Shown in pieces: positions 11,250 through 22,737 of a stretch of DNA of 64,000 nt. The position numbers and the translations under genes are program-made. Numbering within the stretch: position 1 is the first letter of the stretch; each line of letters opens with the position of its first letter. Where the stretch lies: assembly GCA_020137815.1 (NCBI GenBank), contig CM035353.1, positions 1,240,001-1,304,000 of the forward strand. Direction: 5' to 3'. The notes under the pieces were generated by a model. That model was not told the DNA's origin. It was given only the letters and a program-made list of their open reading frames with translations, and did no database searches. This DNA is from Hormiphora californensis (Eukaryota > Animalia > Ctenophora).

Positions 11250-12928
11250 CTATGCGAAGGTTTCACAGAAGTGTGCCTGATTTTCATTGCAATCATCCGT
11301 CTCCCAAGGACCGAATGGCCTGTTTCCGTGGTTGGTGTGAATCAGAATACACTTGTGGTTGTGGTTTCCTGGCTTCATTCCACTGCCGTTGGAGAAGGAA
11401 TGGTCTCTGAGTCTTGGTTCAAAGGTCCTGGGATCCTCCCCAGTGACAGTGTAATGCTCCTTGTATATAGGACGGGGATTTGCTCCAAACCGTCTGGTGC
11501 AGAAGATACCGGCCCATGCCCTGCAAATGAAATAATACATGATATTCATAACACTACCAAATCTTAGTTAACGTAATCATAGCAAGGTTATAACAGCAAC
11601 ACATTGGTAACATGATAGACACCTGGCGCGACCCCCGCTAGGTGTCTATGTCAAACATAGATTGGTAACTATAGACACCTGGCGCGACCCCCGCACGCAG
11701 GTGTCTATGTCACCAAAGCAACACATAGCAAGGTTAACGGCAACACATGCACATACCATCCCTTGTTATTCAGCTCGGAGTTTCTGGTGACCCAAGTTGC
11801 TTCATCAATTGTGCTAGGAACCCACACATGAGCGTCATTTGCGTTACATTCCAATTCACAGGGTTTAAACGGTTGTCTTCTCTACAAGGAATAATTGACA
11901 AAATAAACAACTATATAATGGTACTAAATCAATTAAATTAATTGCGTCATGCATTCATAATCAGTGTTTCCCGGGACGAACGTAGAAGCCGAAGAGCGGG
12001 CGCCCGCTCTTCGGCTTCTACAGAATCACGATAGGAAGTCTTTAGGTTTGATTTGATAAAAGGTTGTAAGAAAATGTAGTGAATTATATAATTCACTACT
12101 TATATAAGTGAATTATATATAATTCACTACTATTATAATAGTGAACTATGATATCCGGGTCCGCCCGGCGTTATTATTTCTAACAAACTCACCCCAAAAA
12201 GTTTGTAGCACTTTCCTTTGTATTTTTGCCACCCTGGTTTGCATCCTCCGCCTCCTAAAAAATAATGAGATTTAGCACACAGATCGTGTGTATGTGACCT
12301 TGGCGGGGGCCATATAATGAACTAGGTACTCCTGTACTAGATAGTTTAACGGTTTGAAACGGAGCAAGAGAGCAACGGAACAATATTGGGGGAAATCTGT
12401 CGTGCCTGAACCTCAGGTTCAGACCACGGCTATTTTTCACCGAGACCTGAGATCTCCGATTTCGGTGACGGACGCAGATCTCAGTGACAATAGCCTTAGC
12501 TTAGCCTGAACCTGAGGCCTTAAATTTCAGGGAATAGCCGTCACTGAAACCTAAGATCTCAGGTCTCAGTGGAAAATAGCCGTGGCACGACAGTTTTCCC
12601 CCATAGTTCTTCCAGACGGGCGAAAAAATCAATAAATGTCATCGACCGTACTGTACTCTTAGGAAACTCATTATGCGCGGGCGACTGATATGACGAAACA
12701 TAACAGCAATCTCTCAGCTTCCTTTAAAACAATATGCTACTAACCTGAATTTTTAATCCTATAGTTTGGATACCACCCATCAGATGTACAACCTTTTGGA
12801 ATGGGCATAACATAATATCCGCCCATTCCTCCACCTAGGCCCTTTCCATAGTCCGTACAAATGATGTTAGCTCCGGATGCGATAGCCACAAGAGCTGCAG
12901 ACAAACAGATAAAGTTGACCATACTCAT
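11250..12928 (-). CDS. Secreted C-type lectin-domain protein, copy A. Exons 12928-12745, [optional 12331-12299], 12254-12193, 11881-11757, 11520-11250; 213 aa, or 224 aa with the optional exon
   Basis: Signal peptide MSMVNFICLSAALVAIASG. GT-AG introns with consistent phases. CTLD pattern CKPGWQKYKGKCYKLF...CELECNANDAH...WAWAGIF...KCILI...WETDDCNENQAHFCE. Exons are conserved in copy B while introns carry indels. Confidence 0.88.
12387..12603. mobile_element. Palindromic MITE (ggggaaaacagtcgtgcctgaacctcagg family) in lectin A intron 1
   Basis: Terminal inverted repeats. Same position in copy B (17389-17623), a full copy at 33639-33832, and fragments at about 24145, 47410-47503, 56633 and 58400. 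Confidence 0.8.
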
Positions 12929-12964
12929 ATTTTCAAAAAGTGAGAATGCGGTGGCAACGGCGGG

Positions 12965-12973
12965 ATTTATATA
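12965..12973 (-). promoter_or_regulatory. Candidate TATA box of lectin copy A
   Basis: TATATAAAT on the minus strand about 37-45 nt upstream of the ATG. Identical in copy B at about 17964-17972. Confidence 0.45.
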
Positions 12974-13228
12974 TTATCCATTATGGTGTACATGATGAGC
13001 TGTTTCTTCCTGGTCTTCAGCTGCATACACTGAGATAGAGAGAGAGAGAGAGAGAGCTCTGTCCCTCTCTATCTTTCTCTGAGTCACTCTGAGTCAGAGA
13101 GATGCAGCGTCTGACTCAGTTATAAAGTTATAAAGGAGTTAGAAAGAGAGAGAGATTTACAGGAAGCGAAGAGTTGATAGGTTTACTTATTTTCAAGTAT
13201 TGAGCTTTGAGCTTTGCAATCAGAGGTA

Positions 13229-13437
13229 CAGTCGGACAAGAGCCTTTCCCCCGAGGGTGTTCCTAAATCGGGGTCCGTTTTCCATTACCGTTTTCCCACT
13301 ACAATTGTAGTCCACTAAATCGGGGTGTCCACTAAATCGGGGTCAAATAAGGTTAATTTCCTATATCGGGGGAAAAAAATCATGTCCCTAAATCGGGGTG
13401 CCACTAAATCGGGGGCCCCTAAATCGGGGTCCGACTG
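13229..13437. mobile_element. pogo/Tigger-like MITE, TA TSD
   Basis: TA|cagtcggac...gtccgactg|TA with taaatcgggg subterminal repeats. Empty site agaggtacctacagct at 20464-20479. Confidence 0.88.
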
Positions 13438-13877
13438 TACCTACAGCTATTTGTGGCATAACACGGTCGCTTAAGCGATTTAGGTCGCTTAAGCGATTTA
13501 GTGGACTACAATTGTAGTGGGAAAACGGTAATGGAAAAATTTGTGCCTTTTTGATAATGAAAATGATGTACAGTTGCAGTCGGACCTCGATTTATTTGAA
13601 GTTTAATACGAAAATTACCGGGAGGATAAACTTTCTCCGATATAGGAAGTTCATATATTATTGGCCTGGGGCCCCGATTTACCGGGCAAAACCCCCTTTC
13701 CCGTCCCCGAGCATCGTGGTACGACTGTGCTGGTTAAACACATGCAGTACATAATTTTCATTCAATTATTCAATCAACAATAAGCACACATTCACCACTA
13801 ATTCCAATTGATATATAGTGTTAGTAGAGTATACCGGCGGCCTCTAGGGTTGGACAACATGTAAAACACTGTGGTTT

Positions 13878-13912
13878 GTTAACAGTTTCGGCGTCAACGC
13901 CTTCTTCAGAAC
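13878..13912 (-). ncRNA. Minimal type I hammerhead ribozyme (inverted copy)
   Basis: Exact reverse complement of 13951-13985. Confidence 0.7.
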
Positions 13913-13950
13913 TCAAACTTTTCAACACTACTTTAAACAAATTAATTTGA

Positions 13951-13985
13951 GTTCTGAAGAAGGCGTTGACGCCGAAACTGTTAAC
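13951..13985 (+). ncRNA. Minimal type I hammerhead ribozyme
   Basis: gtt-CTGAAGA-A-ggcg(ttga)cgcc-GAAA-c-t-GTT|aac: conserved core, 4-bp stem II, minimal stem III, and gtt/aac stem I. Confidence 0.7.
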
Positions 13986-14626
13986 AAACCACAGTGTTTT
14001 ACATGTTGTCCAACCCTAGAGGCCGCCGGTATACTCTACTAACACTATATATCTTCATGCGGCTCATAAACATTTGGCCATTACAAGCTCTGTAATTCCA
14101 ATTGGCATGGGTAATCCAGAATGGTCTTCAAAAACGGTCGAGTCGACTAGACATCGTTCTTTAAGACGTTGTCTAGACGTTGTTTAGACGGTATTCGTAT
14201 CGAAAAGTTGTTAAGACGGTATTTGAAACTGAATCGCGAGATTTTGCTTAGACGTTGTTTAGACGGCCGTATGTTTACCGGTTTCAGTTGAGACGTTGTA
14301 TAGACGGTACGTAAACGTTCATCGATTTTCCTTTAGACTTTTAGAACTCCGTCTGAGTTACAGTCCGTCTCAACGTCTGGTACAATTTTTAGACATGCCG
14401 TCTCAACTTTGAACGGACACCGTCTAGAAACCGTCTAGAGACCGTCTAGACACCGTCTAGACACCGTCTAGACACCGGGACGGTACCGTCTAGAGACCGT
14501 CTGATACCGTTGCAACACCGTCTGATACCGTCTTTAACCCTTCTATAACCCATCTGATACCGTCTATAACCCGTTTCAAGCAATTTTGGTACCGTTTTTA
14601 TAGCTGATTTTATCAAACCTCGTCTA

Positions 14627-16087
14627 AAGTCGGATTTTTTGAAACTGTCACCCCCCTTTTCGGAGGGTGAGATTCCTTCCCACGCCCTTGAGATGCAGGC
14701 CGCGGCTAATGTCTATTTTTTTTAGATAGCAATAGTGTCCTACAGACCAGGCAGGGAATCTTCAGGGGTGACCCGGCATACCCCGGGGTAAACCATGAAG
14801 CTCTTGAACTGCCTGGAGCATCTCACATACCACTCCAAGGAAACAGAGCTGCCCTCCTTGGGTGGTGTGTTTTTCTCTCTTCCTTTCTCTAATCCGCTCA
14901 TGACTCATCTCTCTCTGAATAGAGATACCCCCCGGCCGGTATTACACCATCTCCCCAGCCTTGTGCACTGGGCCAAAGTAGATGGCTAAATACCGGCCAA
15001 AACCCGTCCTCCAGCAAAAGTCCAGGCTGGAGGAGGTCTAATCTCAACTGGCCCCCCTCTACCTTCTGTCCACCTAGCCTCTGGACAGGTATAAAAGGTC
15101 TAACAAGCTAGGTCATAACTGGTTAGCTACCACCGACTCTCGGCAAAATTCCCACGCCGAGGTCGAGATAAACTCAAGGGGTGTTTCCGTAGCCCAACAG
15201 GGAGAAACTACACTAACCAGTAGCCTCGCTACTACCTACGCTTCTTCAAAAGTCCATGAGAAGCGTAGGAGATTCCCAAATGGCGATTACCCCCCAAACG
15301 ATGAAGGTAACAAACCAACATCATCACTCTCTACCAACAAACAAGCCTCCACAAAAACCTGATCAACAAACAGAACAAACCACTATCCCATGCTACAAAA
15401 CAAATTTCTATGAGTGACGCACATAGATACCTAACCCACTAAACATTTCACACGCCAGAGTTCCGTTAATTGGGAAGGAACCTGACCTAACTACCCCATG
15501 AACGGCCGGACGCTGCATCTGCATCACGAACAAAAAGTGATGTTCCATGAACCCACATGGAGTACTGATTACAAATCAGAGGTTGGCAGCGCAAAATCTA
15601 CAAAGGTGCCATAGTCAATGGAGCGTCCGAATTGTCCTAGCCAAGGCCACATCTAGAGCGATCAATGCTGAGATGCCACTCACCAAGGGTCGCTGGAGAT
15701 ATCCGAGACTGGCACAATGTGAAAACAGTGCTGGTGCGGTCCTCTTCATGGGACCTGTTAAGATAGTTATGGGAGACGATTCCACCCTTATCTCCAAAAC
15801 CATGGACATAAGACGGAGGAAGAAAACTCTCCCGGGGGAAAGAGGAAACTCTGGAACCTGAGCTCCGTCCTTCTCGGGCGTGAGGAACTGGCTGCCGGAC
15901 GGGATAAAATCACAAGTAGAGGATTGGAAGCGGAGGCACATAAAACAACAACAACAACAACCCCCCTTTTCGTGCGCAGAATGTTTTTGCACGTTACATC
16001 ACATGTTAACGTGTGGTGTGCGCGTCAAAATTGATGAATTTCACCTGCACGGTCATTTGGGGGTGACAGTTTCAAAAAATCCGACTT
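14627..16087. mobile_element. Short TIR MITE (probable TA TSD) expanded by a nested retro-insertion
   Basis: TA|aagtcggattttttgaaactgtcacccc...ggggtgacagtttcaaaaaatccgactt|TA. Sits inside an agacgg/gtctagac-rich foldback-type relic. Confidence 0.7.
14663..15960 (+). mobile_element. Non-autonomous or degenerate non-LTR retroelement, (CAA)n tail, 12-bp TSD
   Basis: TSD ccccccttttcg at 14651-14662 and 15961-15972. The 3' end is aaaacaacaacaacaacaa. No recognisable RT ORF. Confidence 0.75.
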
Positions 16088-16395
16088 TAGACGGCGTCGC
16101 TGTCTAGACGCCGTATGCGGCAAATTAAAAATTGCCTTCTAAAAGTAACAATCTCGTGCGCGATTTTGACGGTGGCGTTGGATGACAAAATGATTTTATC
16201 ATCCAACGCGACCGTCAAAATCGTGCACGAGATTGTTACTTTTAGAATGGGGGAGAGAAATTTTAACAGCGCTGGTGTGTGTGGCGTCAAAAATAAAATT
16301 TTAATTTTAATTTTAACTTTGGTGTGTGCTGACCCTAAAGAATAACAACGAAAAGAAAACTGTTTCAAGGTGAAAATAAACAAGTAATAATCGCT

Positions 16396-17927
16396 CTATG
16401 CGAAAGTTTCACAGAAGTGTGCCTGATTTTCGTTACAGTCATCCGTCTCCCAAGGACCCCATGGCCTGTTTCCGTTGTTGGTTCCAATCAGAACACACTT
16501 GTGATTGTGGTTTCCTGGCTTCATTCCACTACCGTTGGTCAATACATGGTCTCTAAGTCTTGGTTCAAAGGTCCTGGGATCCTCACCAGTGACAGTGTAG
16601 TGCTCCTTGTATATAGGACGAGGATTTTGTCCAAATCGTCGGGTACAGAAGATACCGGCCCATGCCCTGCAAATGAAATAATACATAATATTTATAACAC
16701 TACCAAATCTTAGTTAATTACGTAATCATAGCAAGGTTATAACAGCAACATACTGGTAACATAGACACTGGTAACATAGACACCTGGCGCCGCGCGACCC
16801 CCGCCAGGTGTCTATGTCACCAAAGCAACACATACCATCCCTTTTTACTAAGGGGGGACCTGGTGACCCATTCTGCTTCATCAATTGTGCTAGGAACCCA
16901 CACATGAGCGTCATTTGCGTTACATTCCAATTCACAGGGTTTGAAGGGTTGTCTTCTCTACAAGGAATAATTGACAAGATAAACAACTGTATAATGGTAC
17001 TAAATTAATTAATACCGTCATGCATTCATAATCAGTGTTTCCCAGGACGAACGTAAAGCCGAAGAGCGGGCGCCCGCTCTTCGGCTTCTACAGAATCACG
17101 ATAGGAAGTCTTTGGTTTGATTTGATGAAAGGTTGTAAGAAAGTGTAGTGAACTTGTATATGATATCAATGTCCACCCGGCGTTATTATTTCTAACAAAC
17201 TCACCCCAAAAAGTTTGTAGCACTTTCCTTTGTATTTTTGCCACCCTGGTTTGCATCCTCCGCCTCCTAAAAAATAATGGGATTTAGCACACAGAGTGAC
17301 CTTGGCGGGGGCCATATAATGAACTAGGTCCTCCTGTTCTAGATAGTTTAACGGTTTGAAACGGAGCAAGAGAGCAACGGAACAATATTGGGGGAAAACT
17401 TTTGTGCCTGAACCTCAGGTTCAGACCACGGCTATTTTTCACCGAGACCTGAGATCTCCGATTTCGGTGACCGACGCAGATCTCAGTGACAATAGCCTTA
17501 GCTTAGCCTGAACCTGAGGCCTTAAATTTCAGGGAATAGCCGTCACTGATACATGAGATCTCAGGTTTCAGTGGAAAATAGCCGTGGCCTGAACCTGAGG
17601 TTCTGGCACGACAGTTTCCCCCATAGTTCCAGACGGGCGAAAAATCAATAAATGTCATCGACCGCACTGTACTCGTAGGAAACTGATATGACGAAACATA
17701 ACAGCAATCTCTCAGCTTCCTTTAAAACAATATATGCTACTAACCTGAATTTTTAATCCTATAGTTTGGGTACCACCCATCAGATGTACAACCTTTTGGT
17801 ATGGGCATAACATAATATCCACTAACTCCACCACCTAGGTCCTTTCCATAGTCCGTAAAATAATGTTAGCTCCAGATGCGATAGCCACAAGAGCTGCAGA
17901 CAAACAGATAAAGTTGACCATACTCAT
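16396..17927 (-). pseudogene. C-type lectin-domain gene, copy B. Exons 17927-17745, [17333-17301], 17266-17205, 16957-16836, 16666-16396; 1-nt deletion in exon 1
   Basis: Colinear with copy A. Exon 1 is 183 nt versus 184 nt (gtacaaatga to gtaaaataa at about 17856), giving a stop after 30 codons. The other exons are open and the splice sites intact, so a consensus error is possible. Confidence 0.8.
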
Positions 17928-18113
17928 ATTTTCAAAAAGTGAGAATGCGGTGGCAACGGCGGGATTTATATATTATCCATTATGATGTACATGATGACCT
18001 GTTTCTTCCTGGTCTTCAGCTGCATACACTGAGCTAGATCGACTAGAGAGAGAGCTCTGTCCCTCTCTATCTTTTCTCTGAGTCAGACACTGTATCACTC
18101 TGCAGAGAGATGC

Positions 18114-18684
18114 GGTAGGCGGACTATAGTGCTAACGGACTCTTTATCTTAATTCAAGGCGGACTCTATATCTAAAAGCGGACTCCTTATCTACAGTTAG
18201 ACTTTGAAAAAAGTTTAGATAAACAGTCCGCCCAATGTAGACTTTTTAGAAGTAGAGTCCGCCCTGTGTAGACTTTTTCGACATAGAGTCCCTTGGTACT
18301 TTTTGGCCACAAATCCCCCAACCCGGACTCTATATCTAAAATCCTAAACCAACCCAAAACCTAGCCCTAACCCTAACCTCGAACCCAAATAACAGGCCCT
18401 AACACTTCTAAACTAGTATAGGGGTAGAGCAAACTCTCGTTTCCGGCCTAACGGCCGGAAATCTCGAGTTCGCGGTGAAAGGCGGACTCTATATCTAATT
18501 TAGATTTATGTAGATATAGAGTCCACTTTGTTTTGACTTTTTAGATAAAGAATCTGCCCTGTGTAGACTTTTTAGATAAAGAGTCCTCCTAGAGTTTAGA
18601 ATTATTTGGACTCTTTATCTAAATCTAAATTTAGATATAGAGTCCTCTTTAGACTTTAGAGTGTAGCACTAGAGTCCGCACACC
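18114..18684. mobile_element. Second copy of the 8973-11157 TIR element, without the nested foldback
   Basis: ggtaggcggactatagtgcta...tagcactagagtccgcacacc, colinear with 8973-9528 plus 11141-11157. No TSD retained. Confidence 0.85.
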
Positions 18685-19260
18685 GCCGGTGCCAACGGTA
18701 GCTCAAATCATAGGGCAACCTTTCCGGCCTACTAATTTTAATTAGTTTTGGTATAATTTGCATCATTTTTTGGGATTTCTTATCCATTTAGACGTAGTAG
18801 AACAGGTACGGAGAGTATGGAATCGCTAAGTTGAAAAAAATTTCATTTTTGACGTCATAAAATGACGTTATACAGTCGGACCCCGATTTAACGCCCCCCG
18901 ATTTAACGGCACCCCGATTTAACTGACCAAGTTTGAGATCGATTGGATGAGATTTGAGTCCGAGCTATGGCGAAAAACCCCATATCGTCATATCTAATTT
19001 TAAACAGTCATAACACTTCAGAAGCGTTTTAAGACCCTTATACATGTAGTTTTGAAAATTCGCTATGGAGTTTATGAAAGTTTAGACAATTCTCTTTCCA
19101 TGATATAGTCTTCGTTTTTCGATTAGAATCCGTCTTCCGGGTGTAAATTGAACTCAAAGAATTCTGGTCAGAGTCTGAAAAATTACGACTTTAAGACGTT
19201 CTGTAGAACGTTCCTGGCGATGAAAAGAGACCCCATTATCGACTAATGCACACACATCCA

Positions 19261-19692
19261 GGGGGGGGGGGGGAAGACACACTGAAGTTGGGCGCGCTCG
19301 TTCAAATCTCAACCTCGTGACACACACTGAAGTTCGAAGTTCGAAGTTTTTCGAAAACCCATTTTCGGCTGAGAAATCATTTGTAAGAGGCTAACTTATT
19401 TAGCTGGTACATCTCTCGAGGTGTCCTTTATCCATACTGAGTCAATTTCACCGTTTTTGAAATTTTTGGCTAATTCGGTCACAGTTGTCCTAATTCACCA
19501 ACATTTTTAAAAACGGTGAAATTGACTCGGTATGGATAAAGGACACCTCGAGAGATGTACCAGTAAATAAGTTAGCCACTTACAAATGATTTCTCAGCCG
19601 AAAATGGGTTTTCGCGAAACTTCGAACTTCGAACTTCAGTGTGTGTCGCGAGGTTGAGAGTTGAACGAGCGCGCCCAACTTCAGTGTGTCTC
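19261..19692. mobile_element. Second copy of the Harbinger-type MITE at 4855-5295, nested in older TE sequence
   Basis: agacacactgaagttgggcgcg...cgcgcccaacttcagtgtgtct palindrome. Confidence 0.85.
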
Positions 19693-20293
19693 GCCTCCAG
19701 TAGATGTACCAGCTGTGAAAACGAAAAGCTTCTATCTCTTTTCGTTTGGCCTGAATATGGTTTATAAAAGAGCGTCTCTCCTATGCGCCCATGCGCGTAT
19801 ACGCGTGTTTCACTGAATTTATGGCAAATGGGACAAGTATCTATAACTTTCGGTTCCAGATGAGATAGAGACTTAAAATTTTAAACTTGAGTCAAAGACC
19901 CCAAGCCGGGTATACATTCCAATTTTCAAGTCAAACGGATGAAAGGGAGCCACGCTATACTAGCCTTCTAAAATATGGGTTTTCAGCCAAAACACCCATA
20001 AAACGTATAACTGCGTTTCTGGCGTAGGGTGTTGGATTTTAAAATCAATTTTTTGTACCTCATCTTACTAGATAGAATTTTTAACGCTGATTCCGAATCT
20101 GTCAAAATTTTTGATCTACGAGCATGTCTTCAGGTGTAACCGTGCTCCTAAATGAACTTGACTGTGCGCTGCGTTCCACTGCTGCGCTTTGGGGGGGATT
20201 GCAACCTTTGCGCTTGCCAGCGCAGTGATGATAAAAATAATAACTGCAAGTGCATGCTGCTGCTGTTTATTCTTGGTCTTCAGCTACATACAC

Positions 20294-20407
<114 letters not shown>

Positions 20408-20887
20408 GCGAAGAGTTGATAGGTTTACTTATTTTCAAGTATTGAGCTTTGAGCTTTGCAGTCAGAGGTACCTACAGCTGTTTGTGTGTCATAACACCTC
20501 CCCTAAACACACTACATATATAAAATCAAGGGTGAAGATTGGATGAACTTGATTTTCCCCAAAAGAAGTTTTTCTACCCCTACGAGGAGCCCTAAGTTGA
20601 TCTGTATCTGTTTACGACTTCTACAAGGCTTTGGTGACATTGACACCTAGTGCGTGCGAGATCGAGCTCGCACATGTGTGTGAGCTCAGTCTTGGTCGCG
20701 CACGGTGTCTATGTCACCAATACAAGGCTATCATCGAGACCTGAATTTTGTGCACGTAGACCGCAAAAAAAGCCTAACTTCAGAAATTGTCTGTCACCGG
20801 TAAAACCATCCCCAATTTCAAACATGATCGATGGGTTCCAAAATTGTATGTAAAATTAGTAATTAATTTCTCCTAGGAGCTATATCA

Positions 20888-22022
20888 GGGGCTCTTCGAC
20901 GAAACTTTAAGCACACTTAAAAACGTTGCGTAACTCTCCTTTCACACCTTCTAATTGATTTTCACACCCCTTAAGCATGGTTTGTGTCGACGAAACTTTT
21001 TAGAAATCTTGCTTAGTGAAAATTGAGGGGTAATAAGTGAAGTTTTACACAAGCTCTCCAAACCTTGCGTAACCCCCTAATCACGTGGTAAAATCACGTG
21101 ATTTGGACCAAATTGAAGCGACAATGACGTCATAGTTCACGCAATATCTCACCCAAGTATCGAGAAAAGTGAGGTTTGTTAAGTCTCCTCCAGAGCAGAC
21201 TTAATGGTAGTTAAGACAGCGTTGGCAAGTAAAAGATGCTACAAAACAGTGTATATTTTGCTTTTCGCATGTAGAAAGAAGATAAAATGGCACTCCTTGT
21301 CCCCCATGGAGCTATCTCTACTCAGCCACAATATTGAGGCACTAGTTTGGGGTTTCAGCCAAGCCCATACACCATCAGTATTACTCTCACAGATGTGGAT
21401 GAATTCAGTTGTTTTCCTTCTGGCATGACAAGATGAATAGTGAACTACTACTATACTTTCACTGTTTATCTCTTCATCTAGCAGCCTATCTATTCATCTC
21501 ACCCGGCCTAAATAATATTACAAGTTATGAGTGAATAGGTTTGTTGATTTTTCATGATGAACAATCAATATTAGGTCTCTATTTGACCGCTATAACATTC
21601 ATTGCCAGCTACTGTAAAAGTACACATAGTTTTGAAGGTTTGAAATTTTTTGAATCTTGACTCAAGATTGTTGAGAAATGGAAGTCAAACTTCTTCTTCA
21701 CCCCCAATCTGGTGTGATATCCCGCTAACACTATTGGCTGGTGAACCCTACACGTGACCAAATTGACGCCTGTGTAAACCCATGTAATGGAAATCCTATC
21801 ACGTGTCCAGTTTCGATCCCCTGATTGGTTGTCTATACCCATACACGAGGGGTGATCCGGGGCTTCACGTGGTATACACGTGGTTCACACCAAGGACCTA
21901 AAGTGAGGTTTTGGAAAGCGTTCGACGACACCCCTCTCGAGACAAGTCTGAAAAATTTTCCATGTGTAACTCTAAAGAGAGCTTATTTATTAAGTGTGCT
22001 TAAAGTTTCGTCGAAGAGCCCC
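20888..22022. mobile_element. Non-autonomous TIR element
   Basis: ggggctcttcgacgaaactttaagcacacttaa ... ttaagtgtgcttaaagtttcgtcgaagagcccc (33-bp TIR). TSD not evident. Confidence 0.7.
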
Positions 22023-22070
22023 AGTGCTGTATCAGTTGTATCAGTTATGCTAACAAACATTAACTTTAAC

Positions 22071-22413
22071 TAGCCCAATAGCCTGAGTTTTGGACAGCAG
22101 GCAAATAGCCTGAGTTTACCAAGATGGTAAAAACGATGGTAAAAACGATGGTAAAAACGATGGTAAAAACGATGGTAAAAACGATACACACAGATAGAAT
22201 ATGTTGGGGCATGTTCCAGTTGTGCCTAGTGCACCGACAACAGTCACGTAAGGGGGAAGGGGAAAAAAGAGAGATTCATACTTTAACATGTATTCTGTGT
22301 GTATCGTTTTCACCATCGTTTTTACCATCGTTTTTACCATCGTTTTTAGGATGTGTAGAACGCACTCTTAGGATTCAAGGTGTTTGCTGTCCAAAACTCA
22401 GGCTATTGGGCTA
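22071..22413. mobile_element. Small TIR element with inverted 12-mer (atggtaaaaacg) arrays
   Basis: tagcccaatagcctgagttttggacagca ... tgctgtccaaaactcaggctattgggcta. Confidence 0.7.
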
Positions 22414-22653
22414 GTGGACCCCAAGCTCACAAAACCTACAACAAGTATGGATCTAGTAGCAACTGTAAGGCAACAGGAGAGGGTGGCCGTGGTCACAATG
22501 TCACAAACTCCAATATCGTGGATAAATTAACAATTAGAAAATTGGTTTTCAAGTTGTCTAACAATTGAACAGTTTAGCGTCTTTATTGCATTGGAATTTG
22601 TTGATGATGGTCGAGAAAGCGATGGTATAACATAAACACGGGATAATATGTAC

Positions 22654-22737
22654 CAACCAATCAGAACTCGTTATTAGGTCACGTGACTGGTTATCAGCCA
22701 ATCAGGGGCCAGTATTTCCTGATTCGGTCGGTTCCTG
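22654..22737. mobile_element. hAT-type MITE lacking one terminus, 8-bp TSD
   Basis: TSD atatgtac at 22646-22653 and 22738-22745. Reverse-complement match to 60282-60390. Confidence 0.75.

Larger units (their letters stand above)
13811..14092. mobile_element. ORF-less Penelope-like terminal-repeat insertion with inverted duplication and two hammerheads; 12-bp TSD
   Basis: TSD taattccaattg at 13799-13810 and 14093-14104. Perfect inverted arms 13810-13917 and 13946-14053. Empty site taattccaactggcatgg at about 7404. Confidence 0.8.

Noticed and set aside
12995-13025. CTGAAGA...GAAA on the minus strand upstream of the lectins; similar matches at about 36383 and 42777
   Set aside because: No credible stem II and stem I pairing, so these are chance matches to the hammerhead core.
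16726-16986. ORF-track peptide NPVNWNVTQMTLMCGFLAQL as the lectin exon
   Set aside because: Splice phases and the CTLD pattern support the other frame (RRQPFKPCELECNANDAH...).
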